Below are positions 10,857 through 24,058 of a stretch of DNA of 44,488 nucleotides, in pieces. The position numbers and the translations under genes are program-made. The DNA comes from Sphyrna mokarran. Its lineage: Eukaryota. The notes under the pieces are model-generated. The model was given only the letters and a program-made list of their open reading frames with translations. It did not search any database and was not told the origin of the DNA. The stretch's first letter is position 1; every line of letters begins with the position of its first letter. Where the stretch lies: positions 1 to 44,488 of the forward strand of contig JAGIQG010000272.1 in the NCBI GenBank assembly GCA_024679065.1, written 5' to 3'.

Positions 10857-12366
10857 GAAAAACTACAACTACCGGCAGCCTCCTAGTGACGACTTCCGGT
10901 TACAAGTTAGTTTAAAATAAAAACGGCAAAAACTACTCCCGCTCGCTGTTTTAAACAAAGAGAAAAGTTAAAAAGCTACTTATCAATCGAACTTCTCGCT
11001 CTCCCAAATCGCTGCCTCTCCGTGCTGCTCCAATGGAACAATGAGGCCGATACCCAGAGGTTAGTACTTATATAGCTTAAAAACTACAACTACCGGCAGC
11101 CTCCTAGTGACGACTTCCGGTTACAAGTTAGTTTAAAATAAAAACGGCAAAAACTACTCCCGCTCGCTGTTTTAAACAAAGAGAAAAGTTAAAAAGCTAC
11201 TTATCAATCGAACTTCTCGCTCTCCCAAATCGCTGCCTCTCCGTGCTGCTCCAATGGAACAATGAGGCCGATACCCAGAGGTTAGTACTTATATAGCTTA
11301 AAAACTACAACTACCGGCAGCCTCCTAGTGACGACTTCCGGTTACAAGTTAGTTTAAATAAAAACGGCAAAAACTACTCCCGCTCGCTGTTTTAAACAAA
11401 GAGAAAAGTTAAAAAGCTACTTATCAATCGAACTTCTCGCTCTCCCAAATCGCTGCCTCTCCGTGCTGCTCCAATGGAACAATGAGGCCGATACCCAGAG
11501 GTTAGTACTTATATAGCTTAAAAACTACAACTACCGGCAGCCTCCTAGTGACGACTTCCGGTTACAAGTTAGTTTAAATAAAAACGGCAAAAACTACTCC
11601 CGCTCGCTGTTTTAAACAAAGAGAAAAGTTAAAAAGCTACTTATCAATCGAACTTCTCGCTCTCCCAAATCGCTGCCTCTCCGTGCTGCTCCAATGGAAC
11701 AATGAGGCCGATACCCAGAGGTTAGTACTTATATAGCTTAAAAACTACAACTACCGGCAGCCTCCTAGTGACGACTTCCGGTTACAAGTTAGTTTAAAAT
11801 AAAAACGGCAAAAACTACTCCCGCTCGCTGTTTTAAACAAAGAGAAAAGTTAAAAAGCTACTTATCAATCGAACTTCTCGCTCTCCCAAATCGCTGCCTC
11901 TCCGTGCTGCTCCAATGGAACAATGAGGCCGATACCCAGAGGTTAGTACTTATATAGCTTAAAAACTACAACTACCGGCAGCCTCCTAGTGACGACTTCC
12001 GGTTACAAGTTAGTTTAAAATAAAAACGGCAAAAACTACTCCCGCTCGCTGTTTTAAACAAAGAGAAAAGTTAAAAAGCTACTTATCAATCGAACTTCTC
12101 GCTCTCCCAAATCGCTGCCTCTCCGTGCTGCTCCAATGGAACAATGAGGCCGATACCCAGAGGTTAGTACTTATATAGCTTAAAAACTACAACTACCGGC
12201 AGCCTCCTAGTGACGACTTCCGGTTACAAGTTAGTTTAAAATAAAAACGGCAAAAACTACTCCCGCTCGCTGTTTTAAACAAAGAGAAAAGTTAAAAAGC
12301 TACTTATCAATCGAACTTCTCGCTCTCCCAAATCGCTGCCTCTCCGTGCTGCTCCAATGGAACAAT
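10857..12366 (-). repeat. Tandem array of about 6.8 near-identical 220-221 bp monomers forming the CR1 5' UTR
   Basis: Anchor CTACAACTACCGGC recurs at 10863, 11084, 11305, 11525, 11745, 11966 and 12187; by eye the units differ only in one A-run length. Confidence 0.98.
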
Positions 12367-12571
12367 CAAAGAGTGATTAGGGAGTGGAAATGACCCTGCC
12401 TGCGCAGTTGAGATGCCGCCAAGTTTGGGGCGTTTAAGAGGTTAATTATAAGTATATGGAAGAGAAGGGAATGTTTTAGTTGGAGGGGCATTGCTTTTTA
12501 TTTTGGTCGGCACAACATCAAAGGCCGAAGGGCCTGTTCTGTGCTGTAATGTTCTATGTTCTATGTTCTAT
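12367..12571 (+). mobile_element. Same host CR1 copy, right part with 3' UTR and tail
   Basis: Resumes CAAAGAGTGATTAGGGAGTGG and ends in (TTCTATG)n. Confidence 0.93.
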
Positions 12572-12954
12572 GAAGCATATTTGGAACGGCAGTGACGTTT
12601 GTACTTCTGTACTCAATAATAGACTTTCCAATACAACATCTTTGGAACAGAAATTTGCTAATGACTTGATAAGCTAACTTTGAACTCTTATTTTTATTGA
12701 ATTGTAGCACATGAGCGACGCTAGTTAGCCAGTATTTTAAGCCTATCCTTCGTTACTCTTGGAAGGCATTTGATAATCAATTTGACAGGCATTTGAGAAA
12801 CAAAGCTGCGCATTTGGAGCCGTATGTCAGGCGTTCCAGGTCAGGACGCCAGATTTCCTTCCTTAAAGGGCATTAATAAACAAAACGAGTTTTCATTACG
12901 ATCGAGATTGGTTTCATGGTCATCAGTAAAGTCTTAATTCCTGACTGTTTTTAT

Positions 12955-13540
12955 TAGAACATGGAAAAAGTGCAACACAGATGTAGGCCATTCCGCTCAG
13001 GCTGTTGTGCGGAACGTCACACCAAGTTAAACTAAACTTTTCTGTCTTCCCTTCTTCCACTTCCATCTATTCCGTGCATATCGATGTTCTCATCGAAAAA
13101 AAAGCTCCATAAACACTCCAGTCGTATTTTCCTCTGCCACCAACCCTATCAGTGAGTTTCAGACACATACCACTGTGTAAAAAAAAACTTGCACCTCTCA
13201 TCGCCATTGAAATTCCATGTCTAAGTGACCTGCACTCAACTATATATTTCAACTCTGGGGAAAATACTCGAGCTGTCAACACTATGTGAGCGTCTCAAAA
13301 TTTTTATAGACTTCTATCAAGTCTCTCAGCAGCCTTCGCCAGTGCAAGTACACAATTTCTCCAGCCATCCCACCACACCACCCCCCCCACCCCCGCTCCT
13401 CACTTACAGCTTCCATGTTCGAATGTGGGCAACATCCCAAATAAAATCTTCTGTACCCTTTCCAAAGCATTCACATCCTTCGTGAAATATGGCGATCAGA
13501 ATTAAAGTCAATACTCCAAAAGCGGTCTAATCCAGTTTGA
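12955..13540 (-). mobile_element. Old CR1 3' fragment
   Basis: RRLLRDLIEVYK remnant (13282-13470) and degenerate 3' tail. Confidence 0.65.
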
Positions 13541-14469
13541 AATACTTGGAAATTCCAGTATCTGTCGAGGGAGGAATCGGACATGGGCCACCAGAGTATT
13601 GATTAACATTTCTGGATCAAACTTCCAGCGAAAATACCGCGACACCATCAACTCCTCTTTGATAAGAGGTAAGTATTAGTCCAGAATCCTGTCTTTATTT
13701 TCTTCTGACAATTTCATTTTCCACATTTACATCTGCCTTCTGCTAAAGACAGCATCTCATCAATAGTGCAGCACTCCCTCGGCAATGCACGGATGTAACG
13801 ACATGGATCAACTGCCAAAGTTTCAAGAATCGAATTGATAATTCGAAAGCCAGGGTGTTATGATTTAGAAACTCACAAACTAGAATAAGAGTAGATCATT
13901 CGGAACTTTGAAACTGCTTCGCCATTCATTTTGATTATTGGTCATTATCCTATTCAATATCCTTGTCCTCTCTTCCAACTACCTGCCCCCCTCTTCCCAC
14001 CTCTCTATTCTCCATATCACCTCCCCCCACCATATCCCTTGATTTATTTAACCCTAAGAGCAATGCCTAAATTAATCTTGAAAGTGGACTCCGGGAAAAG
14101 GGATTGAAAGTGATTTTGGTGTCTTGCACATCCAACAATTTCCATCACTCCAACATTCCTGATTTATAGTAAGCTGACTCGGACCTCAGGTATTGGGCTC
14201 TCACCTTAAATCGCTCTGCCTCTATCCATGTTTAAAACAATCCTTAAACTTAACAGTTTATCAAAACGTTTTGCTTGAGCGTCCTAATCTAGGCAGCATT
14301 CCTGGTCAACTTCTCCTGCACTTTTTCCAAAGCATGCCACCCCTCCCTCCGCTTATAGTGCGGCGACCAGAATTGAATGCCATACTCCGAATGCGGCCTA
14401 AACGAAGTTTCACACAGTCCAGCGAAAATACCATGAGACAACCGCCTCCTGTACATCCAGATAATTCTC

Positions 14470-15806
14470 CTGGAGAGAATTATTAGGGGTAGGATTTATA
14501 GCTATTTAGAGAGAAATGAATTGATTGGGGATAGTCAGCATGGTTTTGTGAAGGGTAGGTCGTGCCTTACCAACCTTATTGAGTTTTTTGAAAAAGTGAC
14601 CAAAGAGGTGGATGGGGGTAAGGCAGTTGATGTGGTATATATGGACTTTAGTAATACGTTCGATAAGGTGGCCCATGGAAGGCTTCTGCAGAAAATGCAG
14701 ATCTATGGGATTGAGGATGATTTAGCTAATTGGATTAGGAATTGGCTAGCAGATAGAAGACAGAGGGTGGTGGTTGATGGGAGATATTCATCGTAGAGTT
14801 CGGTGACAAGTGGTGTGCCTCAGGGGTCTGTTTTGGGGCCCTTGCTGTTTGTAATTTTTATAAACGATCTGGATGAGGGTATTGAAGGATGGATTAGTAA
14901 ATTTGCGTATGACACCAAAGTCGGTGGAGTGGTAGATAGTGAAGAAGGGAGTTATAGTTTGCAGAGAGACTTGGACAAGTTGCAGAGCTGGGCCGAGAGG
15001 TGGCAAATGGAGTTTAATGTGGAAAAGTGTGAGGTAATGCACTGTGGCAGGAATAATAAATGTGTAGAGTATAGGGCTAATGGTAGGATTCTTAATGGTG
15101 TTGATGAACAGAGGGATCTTGGTGTATTTGTGCATAGATCCCTGAAAGTAGGCAGACAAGTCGATAATGTTGTTAAGAAGGCATACGGAGTCTTAGCTTT
15201 CATTGGTACGGGGATTGAATTTCGGAGCCACAACGTCGTGTTGCAACTGTACAAAACTCTAGTGCGGCCGCACTTGGAGTATTGTGTGCAGTTCTGGTCC
15301 CCACATTATAAGAAAGATGTGGAGCATTGGAGAGGGTACAGAGGAGGTTTACCAGGATGTTGCCTGGTATGGAGGGCAGGTCTTATGAAGAGAGGCAGAG
15401 GGATTTGAGGTTGTTTTCGTTAGAAAGAAGGCGGCTAAGAGGAGACCTTATTGAAACATATAAGATGATTAGAGGTTTAGATAGGGTGGACAGTGATAGC
15501 CTTTTTCCTAGGATGGAGAAAGCTAGCACGAGGGGACACAGCTTTAAATTAAGGGGTGATAGTCATAGGATGGATATCAGAGGTAGGTTCTTTACCCAGA
15601 GGTTGGTTAGGGAGTGGAATGCCCTGCCTGCGGCAGTTGTAGATGCGCCAAGTTTGGTGGCGTTTAAGAGGTTAGTTGATAAGTTTGTGGAAGAGAAGGG
15701 AATGGTTTAGTATGGAGGGTCATTGCTTTTTATATTGGTCAGCGCAACATCGAAGGCCGAAGGGCCTGTTCTGCGCTGTAATGTTCTATGTTCTGTGTTC
15801 TATGTT
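14470..15806 (+). mobile_element. 5'-truncated CR1 copy (RT to tail) with a stop and a frameshift
   Basis: ORFs 14521-14796, 14803-15408 and 15327-15710; (TTCTATG)n tail. Confidence 0.95.
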
Positions 15807-16164
15807 CCTCTTTGATAAGATGTGAACATTAGACCAGAAACCGGTCTTTACGTTCTTCTGACATAATTTCATTTTCTACTTTTATATCTGCCCCCTGCCA
15901 CAATGCAGTGCTCCCTCAGCAATGCACGGATGTAACGACAGAACTTGCGAGATAAGGAACGAATCCGGATCCCAAGAACATTAGCTAAATTTCGGGATTA
16001 AGGGTCCAGGAAATTATAACGAGGCCAATGTTTCCTACTTAACAGAGGTGAATATTAGTCAAAAATCTCATAACATTTAAACATTTTGAGTCAAGGTGCA
16101 CCGGTACACTTTGGAGTGAGGGATCGGGAGGTGTGGGCATATGGATGCAGATGCTTAATAATCT

Positions 16165-16960
16165 GGATGTACGTGAGGTCATCCACTTTGATAGCAAAAA
16201 TAGGAAGGCAGAATATTATTGTATAGGTCTAACTTGACAGAAGTAGTTACTCAGCAAGACCTTGGTGTCCTCGGGAATCAGTGGCAGAAAGTAAGTGCGT
16301 AAATAGAGCGGGAATTTAAAAAGGAAAATGGTATGCTGGCCTTCATAGCGACAGGATTTGAATATACGGATAAGGATGTTTTGAGGCAATTGCATTGCGC
16401 GTTGGTATACCGCAGCTGGAGCATTTTGTGCACTTCTGATATCCTTGTCTGAGGAAAGATGTAGAGAGAGTACAGCAAAAGTTCACCAGGCTGATTCCTG
16501 AGATGGCATGTCTGTCACATGAGAAGATATGTTATATGGGATTATATTCACTGGAGTTGGGAAGACTGAAAAGGAATCTCATGGAAACGTATCAATCTTT
16601 TAATGGGTTTGAGATGATGGGTGCAGAAAGGAATTTACCCATGGTAGGGGAGTCCAGAACTAGTGGTCATATTTTGAGGATAAATGTTTACCTAATAGTA
16701 CTGAGGTGAGGAGAAATTTATTCATTCAGAGAGCGGTGAATGTGTCGAATTTACTACCACAGAAAAATAGTTGACGACAAAACATTGTGTGATTTCTCGA
16801 AGAAATTAGATATAACTTTCAGTGCTTAAGGAAATAAAGGATATGGAGTTCAGGCGAATCAAGGCATGAATTTGATGATTACCCATGACCAAAATAAATG
16901 GCAGACCGTGTTCGAAGGGCTGAATGGCCGACACTTACTTCTGTGTTCAATACTACTATG
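16165..16960 (+). mobile_element. Old CR1 3' fragment
   Basis: GLYSLELGRLKRNLMETY...ESRTSGHILRI remnant and tail stem CGAAGGGCTGAATGGCC. Confidence 0.75.
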
Positions 16961-18097
16961 TAACCATGTTGAAATTCCTCTTTAGAATCATGTCATGCGT
17001 ACAGAGTGGCATAATGCTCTGTTGGCCATTGTCTGAACGTCAACTTTCACTTTGACAAATAATACCAAAGGCAGATTGTTCCTTAAATGGGAAATTGGCA
17101 ATTGTGACTAGACAACGGAACCTAGGTATCTTTGTTTTCAGCTATAGCATGTGAATGTATAAGCAAGTCAGAAGCCTTTGAAGGTTTGGTAAACGTCATC
17201 ACGAGGAGATTTATGTACCCTTATAAGGATTTCTTGCTATACTTGTATAAGATCCTAATGAGACCTCGCCTGGAGTTTTGCATCCAATTTATTCCCCTTC
17301 TCCCAGCTGTGACATACATCCCAGAGATGTAGTGCAATGCATGGTTAGCAGATCAATGCTTTGTATAGGGATTTGTCTGAGGAGAGATTGATGACACATA
17401 ATCCATATTTCCAACAGCTTTGAAGAATGAGGCGAACGCTTAATTCTGCATATGGTGTGACAGATTGCAAAGGGGTGGACTAGATAAGGTTCCCCGTGCT
17501 TGATTAATGAAATACCTGCGGCTGGGGTGGCTAATTTCAGGAGGTGGAGTGGGCATTTTGAACAAAGAAGGTGGAGAAATTATCCAATCAAAGTGATGAA
17601 TCTTTGAATTGTCTACTCTAGAGAGCTGACAAAACGGGTCATTAGGAAGGTTGAAGGCAAAAGTCTCTGGATCCCTAGAGACGGATGGCATTAAGTGAAA
17701 TAGTGATCCTGTTGGGAAATGCAGATAAGGTCAGTCATCACCTCTCACCTAACGGAACGTCAGGACCATCTCGACGGGTTGAAATTTCACTTCCTGTTTT
17801 TCGACTCCGATGTCTTTGTTTCCTGCGCCTTTCCTGGAACTCCAATGGCTTTTCCCAGAGCCCTGCATTTACTTAACGTCAGAAAAGCATCCAATTCTAA
17901 TCTCAATAATTTTGAGTCAATAGTACTCCATCGCTCTGAGACAGCATAATCCAAAACTTAAACATTGTCTATGTGGGATAGAATGGTTGACTTTTTTTTT
18001 AAATCACCTGCAGTTTTTAATATCTTTTTTCACAAATACATGTTGGCCTACTTGTAGTCTATTATAAGTAATGATGTGGAGATGCCGGTTTTGGATT

Positions 18098-18923
18098 AAC
18101 AAAGAATAAAGAACAAAGAACAAAACAGCAAGGGAAACAGGCCCTTCGGCCCAACGAGCCTGCGCCGCCACCCCGATGATCCCACCTCTACCCGTGATCC
18201 CTGTCTACGTTTATAGATCTATGGATTAAAAACCAAATTTGAGGCAATTTAGGGAGAATTTGTTTTGCCAATTAGCCTAAGAGGAAACCGGAGCACCTGG
18301 AGAAAACCCACGCAAGTACGGGGACAATGTGCAAACTCCCACAGACACAGGCCCAAATCCATGTATCTGCACAGCAGATAGTCACTGAGTTGTCGTGTTG
18401 CCGATCAAATGGTCCAGGTCAAGCGTACACTAACGACGTGAAGCACTAGGATACTCTCGAAAAAAATCCAAGAGCAGCCCTCTCACGACCCATCGCGTGT
18501 ATGCCTCTTGTTAGACAACAAGGTGGACCAAAGCATCTGTAGGATAAAAACAAGTACATCAATATCATCATCTATTAACACATTTCCTAGGAACTCCCAA
18601 GGCTTATGATCCCTATTTTAAATCAGTTTTCTATATCCCTCCATTCCCATTCTGTTCATGTGCCCATCTAAGTATTTCTTAAATTACTCCAGAGTACCTG
18701 CCTCCACCACTTTGCTTGGCAGCGCATTCCGTACCCCCACCACCCTCTTGTGAAAAAAACTCCCTCGAGCATCCAAACTATACCTTACCCCTCTCACCCT
18801 AAGCCCGTGACCCCTCATCTTACTCGAGTCCATCCTAAGAAAAAGCTTAACACTGTTTACTCTATAACCCTCATAATCTTGCACACCTCTATTAGATCTC
18901 CTCTAAGTCTATGTCTTTCTAAG
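18098..18923 (-). mobile_element. CR1-SINE chimera copy 2
   Basis: ORF 18684-18884 (RGHGLRVRG...RGSFFHKRVVG) followed by the shared 3' UTR, SINE core and TTCTTTG-type tail. Confidence 0.85.
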
Positions 18924-19259
18924 CTGGTGTTGTGAGATTTCTCACTACTATAAGTAAGCCAGGCAGGTAAAGCACAGATCCAGGAAGGTTCTCAATTCAA
19001 AATTCAAAGAAATAATTGTTCTCAGAATGATCCAGAACCTTCCCTTTAAGACGAACTAGTAAATAGAGTCATGGTCGTTATTTATCAAGGCGGTTCTGGA
19101 AAGCAAGCACATCTATTTATTGCATAGACAATACCATTTAAATTGAAGTTCCTGGGTTATTCTGGTTTGCCCACATGGTTGTTATCATATTATTACCACA
19201 CATGATTAATCTGCAGATATGCATCTACTTTCTTTTTGTTCATCTTTGGATATGGGCAT

Positions 19260-19592
19260 TTCTAGGTGTTCAGCATTTATTGTAGATCATTAGTTGCCCG
19301 AGAGCAGTTGAGACTAACCTACCTCCGTGGCTCTGGAGTTACATGCAGGACAGACCTGGTAAAGACAGCAGATTCCTTTCCATAAAGGACATTAGTGAAC
19401 CATATGGGATTTTTTTTTCAATAGATGACTGTAATTTCATGATCGTCAGAAAATTCTTAATTGCACTTCTTTATTTTTTTTCTTGAATTCTAATTCCATC
19501 ATCGGCCATGACGGAATTCGAACGCGGGTCCCCAGAACACTAGCTGAGTTTCTCGATTACTAGCGAGAATACCACTCGGCCATCGCCTCCCA
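19260..19592 (-). mobile_element. tRNA-derived SINE, second family
   Basis: Reverse complement of 33015-33390; B-box-like GTTCGAATTCC; related pieces at 2455-2520, 3345-3510 and 12700-12950. Confidence 0.7.
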
Positions 19593-19689
19593 TATTTACT
19601 CCCTATATTCCAAAAAAGAAACAATCCTGTACATCCTCAGTGATGGCAGTATTTGTCTATTGTATGATGACCTTGCGAAAAGGGGAATA

Positions 19690-20222
19690 CAACAAAGGTT
19701 TGCCAAGCTGATTCCTGGATCCGTCCTATGAAAAGAGACTAAATCCGTTCGTGCTGTATTCACTAAAGTTTAGAAGAGTGAGAGGGAATCATATAACTAA
19801 AGTTTAGAAAAGTGAGAGGGGATCTTATAGAATCAAATTAAATTCCAGTAGGTGTAGACAGGGTTGATTCAGGAAACAAAAATATCCCCAGTGGTGGGGG
19901 AGTCAAGAACTAGAAGTCAGAGTTTAGGTAGAAGGGGGTAAACCATTCAGAAATGGAATGAGGGGAAGTTTCTTCACCCAGAGAGTGTGAATGCGCAGAA
20001 TTCACTCCCTCAGAAGATAGCTGAGGCCAAAGCGATGCGTGATTTCAAGAATAAATAAGATTTAGCTTTGTAGTTAAAGGGATGAAACGACTTGCGGGAA
20101 AGGAGGGGGGGGGAATCAGGATATTTTATGCGTTGATAAGCCACTATCAAGATGAATGGTGGGGCAGGCTAGAGGGGCCGAATGACCTACTCATGTTTTT
20201 TTTTGTCTCTATATTTCTATGA
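19690..20222 (+). mobile_element. Old CR1 3' fragment
   Basis: TTCTTCACCCAGAGAGT and GGGCCGAATGACCTACTC 3'-end motifs. Confidence 0.7.
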
Positions 20223-21026
20223 CAAGTTGACAAACATAATTATTTCATATTGGAACTTTTGCCACCTACTCCAGGACCATGGGAACAGGAAAATTTGTAA
20301 TGTCGGTTTGCCTAGTCCATCTACACCCCATTAAAATTCAGCTTGCTCACCACTTTTACGAGTCTGTTTGGAACTTACCGTTCCCACCCGCCACGTGTTC
20401 ACGTTCCCTTTGAACTGATTACACAAAATCACAAATATGCAGCTTTCAATTCTTTCATCAGAAGCATCATTAAATATGATCAAAGAGCAAATGTACCTCA
20501 ATTCTTCACTTGATTTGAGGTACATTTGATCAAATGTACCACCACCCATCAATGATTTAATCTCCACTCTCTGCTCCCAACCTCTCAATCAATTGGCAAT
20601 CACAATCTGAAAGTTTTAACTCATCCAGTGCGGATGAGTTATTGGTCACCTTGTGGGAAAATCATGCACTTATGATTCAGAGAGAATTTACTATCTCACT
20701 GGTTCGTAAACTCCTAAGCACATTCATCGGACAGGATTCCCTTTGTTGAAACTATCATTGCACTCCCTACTCAGTTCATTTCGGTGCAATATTTGCTCAT
20801 ATTAGGTATGGCAGCAGATCACAATGAACTCTCCACAGTTGTTGTCACATGCTTGAGGATACCTGGCTTCACTTCCCGTTCTAACTGTAACCTTAATTAA
20901 TTGACTAATTACTGGCAGGTGGTGTATGATATTGAAACATGTGAAACAACCCGCTCGAATGGAAAATCTAAAAATGAGGATTCTTTAAAAGCCTGAAGGA
21001 TTAGGACATTCTGATATTCCAGTTTG

Positions 21027-21375
21027 AGCGGCACGGTCAGCACTGCTGCCTCACAGCGCCAAGGACCCTGTCTGGTTACACCCTTGGGTGACCATCTGCG
21101 TGGAGTTTGCACCTCTCCCTGTGTCTACGCGGGTTTCCACTGGTGCTTCAGTTTCCTCCCACAAACCAAACGGGTGCTTATTGGGCGGATTGGCCATGCT
21201 ATTTGCCCTTTAGTGTCCACAGATGGGCAGGTTAGATTGAATTGCCCTGCTAATTTCCCCCTATGTTCAGGGAGATTAGCGCCGTGAATACCTGGGTTTA
21301 CGGGAAATGGGCCTGGAGGGATCTGCTGCTATTGCAGGCTCAATGAGCCATATGCACAAGTTCTATGATTTTACG
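21027..21375 (+). mobile_element. HE1-like SINE
   Basis: GCGGCACGGT...CAGCACTGCTGCCTCACAGCGCC head, shared core and TTCTATG tail. Confidence 0.75.
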
Positions 21376-24058
21376 ATTCAGATAGCTTTCATATTCTTGT
21401 GCAGAACATACATTTACCAGAAAGTACCCAAACAATTTGGAAATAAAAACATTCCTTGGTTGAGATTTATTGCAATGGATGAAGTATTTGTGGTGATCGA
21501 TGAGTAAGGAATGCTACTGCAAGCAAGCCTCATGTCAGTGAGACTGTGCCAAGAATATTGATTGCCGTTTAGTTGTTTTTTTTTTACAGCAGAAAGCTGC
21601 ATTTGCCTTTTGGGTAAGATCCTGAAGCTTCATGCCTGGTAGGAAAGGTTTGTCCTGTCCGGGCACATTCATTAGTTTGGATCAACGTTAGCTGGAGTTC
21701 GGAAACTTAATGTGTGTAAATGAGAAGATTCGGGCTACGATTTCAGTATTAGGATTGAGAACTTGTTTGTGCCTTGCTGGTGAGTCCAGAACATCGCGTT
21801 CATAGTCTCAGAGTACATACTGAGATGAGCGGGTAATCCTTCATTGATAGATTTGTGAGCTTTTGAGATATTCTGCAATAAGAGCTCTGGATGATCATTG
21901 AAGAGACAGACCGATTCTGCGAGGAACCAAGGCAATGTGGAATTAATGTACAGTCAGGATCTAAACGCCTAATGGAGATCGAATGAAGTCTTTATTTAAC
22001 ATGTTTCAGTATGTTAAACTCACTGTGGTTGTTGCAATTTCTCGTCCTGGCCCCACCGTGCCGCTCAAACTCTACCCTTGTATTTCCCTATTACCCAGTC
22101 CTCCTGCAGTGAAATATTGTCTGCTGCCTTTCCTTCTCCCCCTTTCGCTTTCTTTGTCAAACGTTGGCCACGTCTTCATTCTGGGAGGGGTGTCTGTCAT
22201 TGATTCATGGCGACAAATCATTCTTTACAAGAATACTCCAGGCGTGATCTCACCAAGACCGATAACATTACACCAAAGCATCCCTATTTCGATACTCAAA
22301 CCCTCTCGCTCTGAAGGCCAAGGTATCATTTCCGTTCTTTATTGTCTACTGTACATCCGTGCTTACTCTAAGCGAGAAACTATTCGAAGAGGTTTCGCTG
22401 AAGGCAAAACAATTGCCTACTATTCGGAAATGCATCCATAACTGTGAAAATACTGAAAAAAAAACATTATTATTCTATTCTACATCAATCAAAACGTGTT
22501 TTCGTTGTTTTGACTAATACTGGAGCTTCGGTTTGATTCTCGGGGTTTAGCCTGCTCCACTGCCCTCCCCCCTCCCTCCCGGCCACTTCTGCCACCCCGC
22601 CCTCCCCCCCACCCACCCACCCTCCACCCCCACTCACTCACCACCACCATCGTATTGCTCCTTACTGGACTGCAGGGGCTCTATTTTTGATATATTTGAT
22701 CAGACTTTTTTTTTCAATTGATTGCATTCCCGTCACCTCGAATATACCCTGGGATATCTATTAGCGGATCGATTTCAGGTCCAGCGAGTCAGGCAGAAAC
22801 TTCGACATCGGCCTCTCTATGGAAGTTTGGTTCAATGACACTCTCTATACTTCCACTGTTGAAATTAACTCCCGTGGAAGTCTTATGAATGGAAGTGTCT
22901 ATTAGAAAGCAACATAATAGTTTGACGGGGAGTACACAATTCAGACCTTCGAGGACGCTCCGAATTCTACATGACCATGGCTGTGTTTTTTCTGACCTCA
23001 ACTCCACTGACCTGTCTGTTACCCATAGTTCTTTATCCGGCTTTTCATTAGCCAAGTATTAATTTCTTTCTTGATCTTGTTGACTGATTCTGCCTTCACT
23101 GCCAGCTGGAGCACAGATACACAACCCTTTGAGAGAAATAGTTTCTCCTCATCGTAGTTTCGAATCTATCCCCTCTCTCGCTATATCTCTGAGCTTTTGT
23201 CCTAGACTGTCCCATTTGGGGGTCATCTGTTGAACGTTCACCATATCAATTCCTTCAGCATGTTATATACCCGATCTGATCACCCACGCCCCCCACCCCG
23301 CCCCGATTCTTCTAAATCCATAAGCCCAAGCAACGCAACTGTCTCTCGTATGATGGACACTTCGTCCCCGAAATCAATCTTGTGGACTTCCTGTGAACTT
23401 CCTCCGGCGTCACCACATCCTTCGTCAAGCTGGGAGGACAAAATTGGACAGAATGCTCCATGCGAGGACTTCCAACGCCTTATTCAATTCTAAAAAAAAA
23501 CACTTCTATGTATCACAATCTAGACCTTTTGCAATAAATGTCAAGATTCATTTTCCATTACAGAGGGCGAGGTATTGCTAGTGACCGTTTCCCAATTTAT
23601 GGAATAGTGAGGTGTGACATTTGTTAAAGTGGACCAATTTATCAAATTACAAGGGATCCCTTTTCTATGTGTGTCCCTGTTAATCAGTAGCTACTGCAGA
23701 TGTCTCAATTTTACTCAATTTAAATCACTGTATTTTTTATTCTATTTGCTATCTATATCCCAGAGACACTGTAGATGCTCAATCAATCAAATGGATTGAT
23801 AGACAAAAATAAACAGGATATGTAAGATCCCAATGGGAACTGAACTTGATTCGAAAATTGACGATTAGGTTTGTTCATGACCTATCAATGATTCAATGAT
23901 CGAATGAAAAATAACCGTCAATTTATGTTGTGTAACTGAATTCACTGATTCTATCTCCACTGCACTTCGGGACAGTGGGTTCCACTGATTCACAATCCTC
24001 TGAGAGAAGCAGTTTCTTTTTCTCGCTGTTTTGAACTTATCACTCCACTATATATATA

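Larger units (their letters stand above)
6811..12366 (-). mobile_element. Full-length young CR1-clade LINE (about 5.55 kb) nested in another CR1 copy
   Basis: 5' UTR monomer array, ORF1, ORF2 (APE + RT), 3' UTR with GGCCGAAGGGCC stem and (TTCTATG)n tail; target-site duplication CAAAGA at 6805-6810 and 12367-12372. Confidence 0.97.

Noticed and set aside
10857-12366. Regular array as a CRISPR locus or independent satellite
   Set aside because: No unique spacers, units are 220-221 bp, the context is eukaryotic, and the array lies inside the CR1 target-site duplication.
21983-22441. 152-aa ORF
   Set aside because: No recognisable motif or splice structure; lies in degenerate repeat-like, pyrimidine-rich sequence.
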